A DNA stretch of 58,636 nt from an uncultured virus (IMG/VR IMGVR_UViG_2061766007_000575) (lineage: Duplodnaviria > Heunggongvirae > Uroviricota > Caudoviricetes), in IMG/VR virus record IMGVR_UViG_2061766007_000575; one strand, 5' to 3'. The first letter of the stretch is position 1, and each line of letters starts with the position of its first letter. The notes under the pieces were generated by a model, which was given only the letters and a program-made list of their open reading frames with translations, did not search any database and was not told the origin of the DNA. This document shows, piece after piece, positions 57,838 through 58,636 of this stretch. Both the position numbers and the translations under genes were made by a program.

Positions 57838-58636
57838 NNNNNNNNNNACCAAAGGATTTTTTAATAAAACAATGCGCCCGATGCGGCGGAAATTTTGGAC
57901 CAGAAAATTTTTCGAAGACTAAAAGTTGGTTTTATCCAGATGGATATTTGCCGGTTTGTAATGATTGCTTAAAGGCTTATTTGCAACACTATGAGTTCAA
58001 TTGGACTTCAGTCAACAAAATTTGTCAATACGCTGACATCCCTTTTATTCCGACCAAATGGGAGGAATTGCGCGAGATGAATGGAGATGATGTTTTTCCA
58101 ATTTATGCGCTGGTTTTCTTTGGAGAGGAATTTGAAGACTTAGGATGGGGCGATTATTTTGAGGAATTCAAAAGACTTAAAGAGGAAAAAATAATAGAAG
58201 ATGAATTGCCAGGACTGCGCGAAGAGAAGATTCGTAAACTTCAAGAAAAGTGGGGCGCTAACTACGACGAAGAAGCCCTTACTTACTTAGAAAATTTATA
58301 TAATGGTATCTTACAGACACAAAATGTTAATGGCGCCCTTCAAGGTGACCAAGCTATTAAACTCTGTAAGATTTCTTATGAAATAGATTGTTATATTAGA
58401 GAAGGAAGTCCTGTTGATAAGTTATTAGCTAGTTATGATAAATTAGTTAAGACTGCAGAATTTACTCCGAAAAACGTCAAAAGCGCAAGTGACTTCGATT
58501 CTGTTGGAGAGTTATATAGATGGCTTGAGAAGAGAGGCTGGCGCAATAAGTATTATGATGGAGTGCCGCAGGATATAGTTGATGAGACCATTCAAACTAT
58601 TGAAAATTACAATCAACGCTTATACACCAATGAGAG

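Noticed and set aside
417..58636. Many apparent tandem duplications (ligase start, helicase end, amidase start, terminase and portal segments, 57848-58636 block)
   Set aside because: Each abuts a 10-N gap and differs mostly by scattered SNPs; typical of co-assembled strain variants, not real duplications
1..58636. Stop-codon reassignment
   Set aside because: Genes are full length in code 11, TAG and TGA act as stops, and no suppressor tRNA was found

Overview
About 58.6 kb of a large, AT-rich tailed-phage genome; the host is probably a Bacillota/Clostridia member (inferred from SLH-bearing amidase, SleB-like hydrolase and strong AGGAGG RBSs). It is a metagenome-style scaffold: most N-gaps are flanked by near-identical duplicate sequence from co-assembled strain variants. 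Layout: nucleotide/DNA metabolism (nrdD fragment, ligase, UvrD helicase, nucleases; 1-8.4 kb); RNA-gene island (8.4-13.1 kb); hydrolase/ClpP/PhoH; ~14 kb array of fibre/adhesin genes with shared modules (17.8-31.6 kb); lysis cassette; small accessory genes including a kinase-fold gene; non-coding convergence zone (40.1-41.7 kb); ~10 kb mostly minus-strand early region of promoter-gene-terminator cassettes separated by palindromic boxes; then terminase and portal. Most notable: (1) tRNA-Leu(UAA) split by a group I intron carrying an HNH endonuclease; (2) an 81-nt tmRNA tRNA-like domain with no mRNA/tag domain; (3) a long-variable-arm tRNA with a GAU anticodon; (4) a ~0.7-0.95 kb ornate ncRNA (ROOL/GOLLD-like); (5) the early cassette array with GTTAGC-N4-GCTAAC / CTTTAC-N4-STAAAG / GCCCGGGC boxes, GATC/GCWGC clusters, paralogous gene pairs and two ncRNA cassettes; (6) an endonuclease insertion that leaves the downstream gene with an ATC start. 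All calls are by eye; no searches were run.
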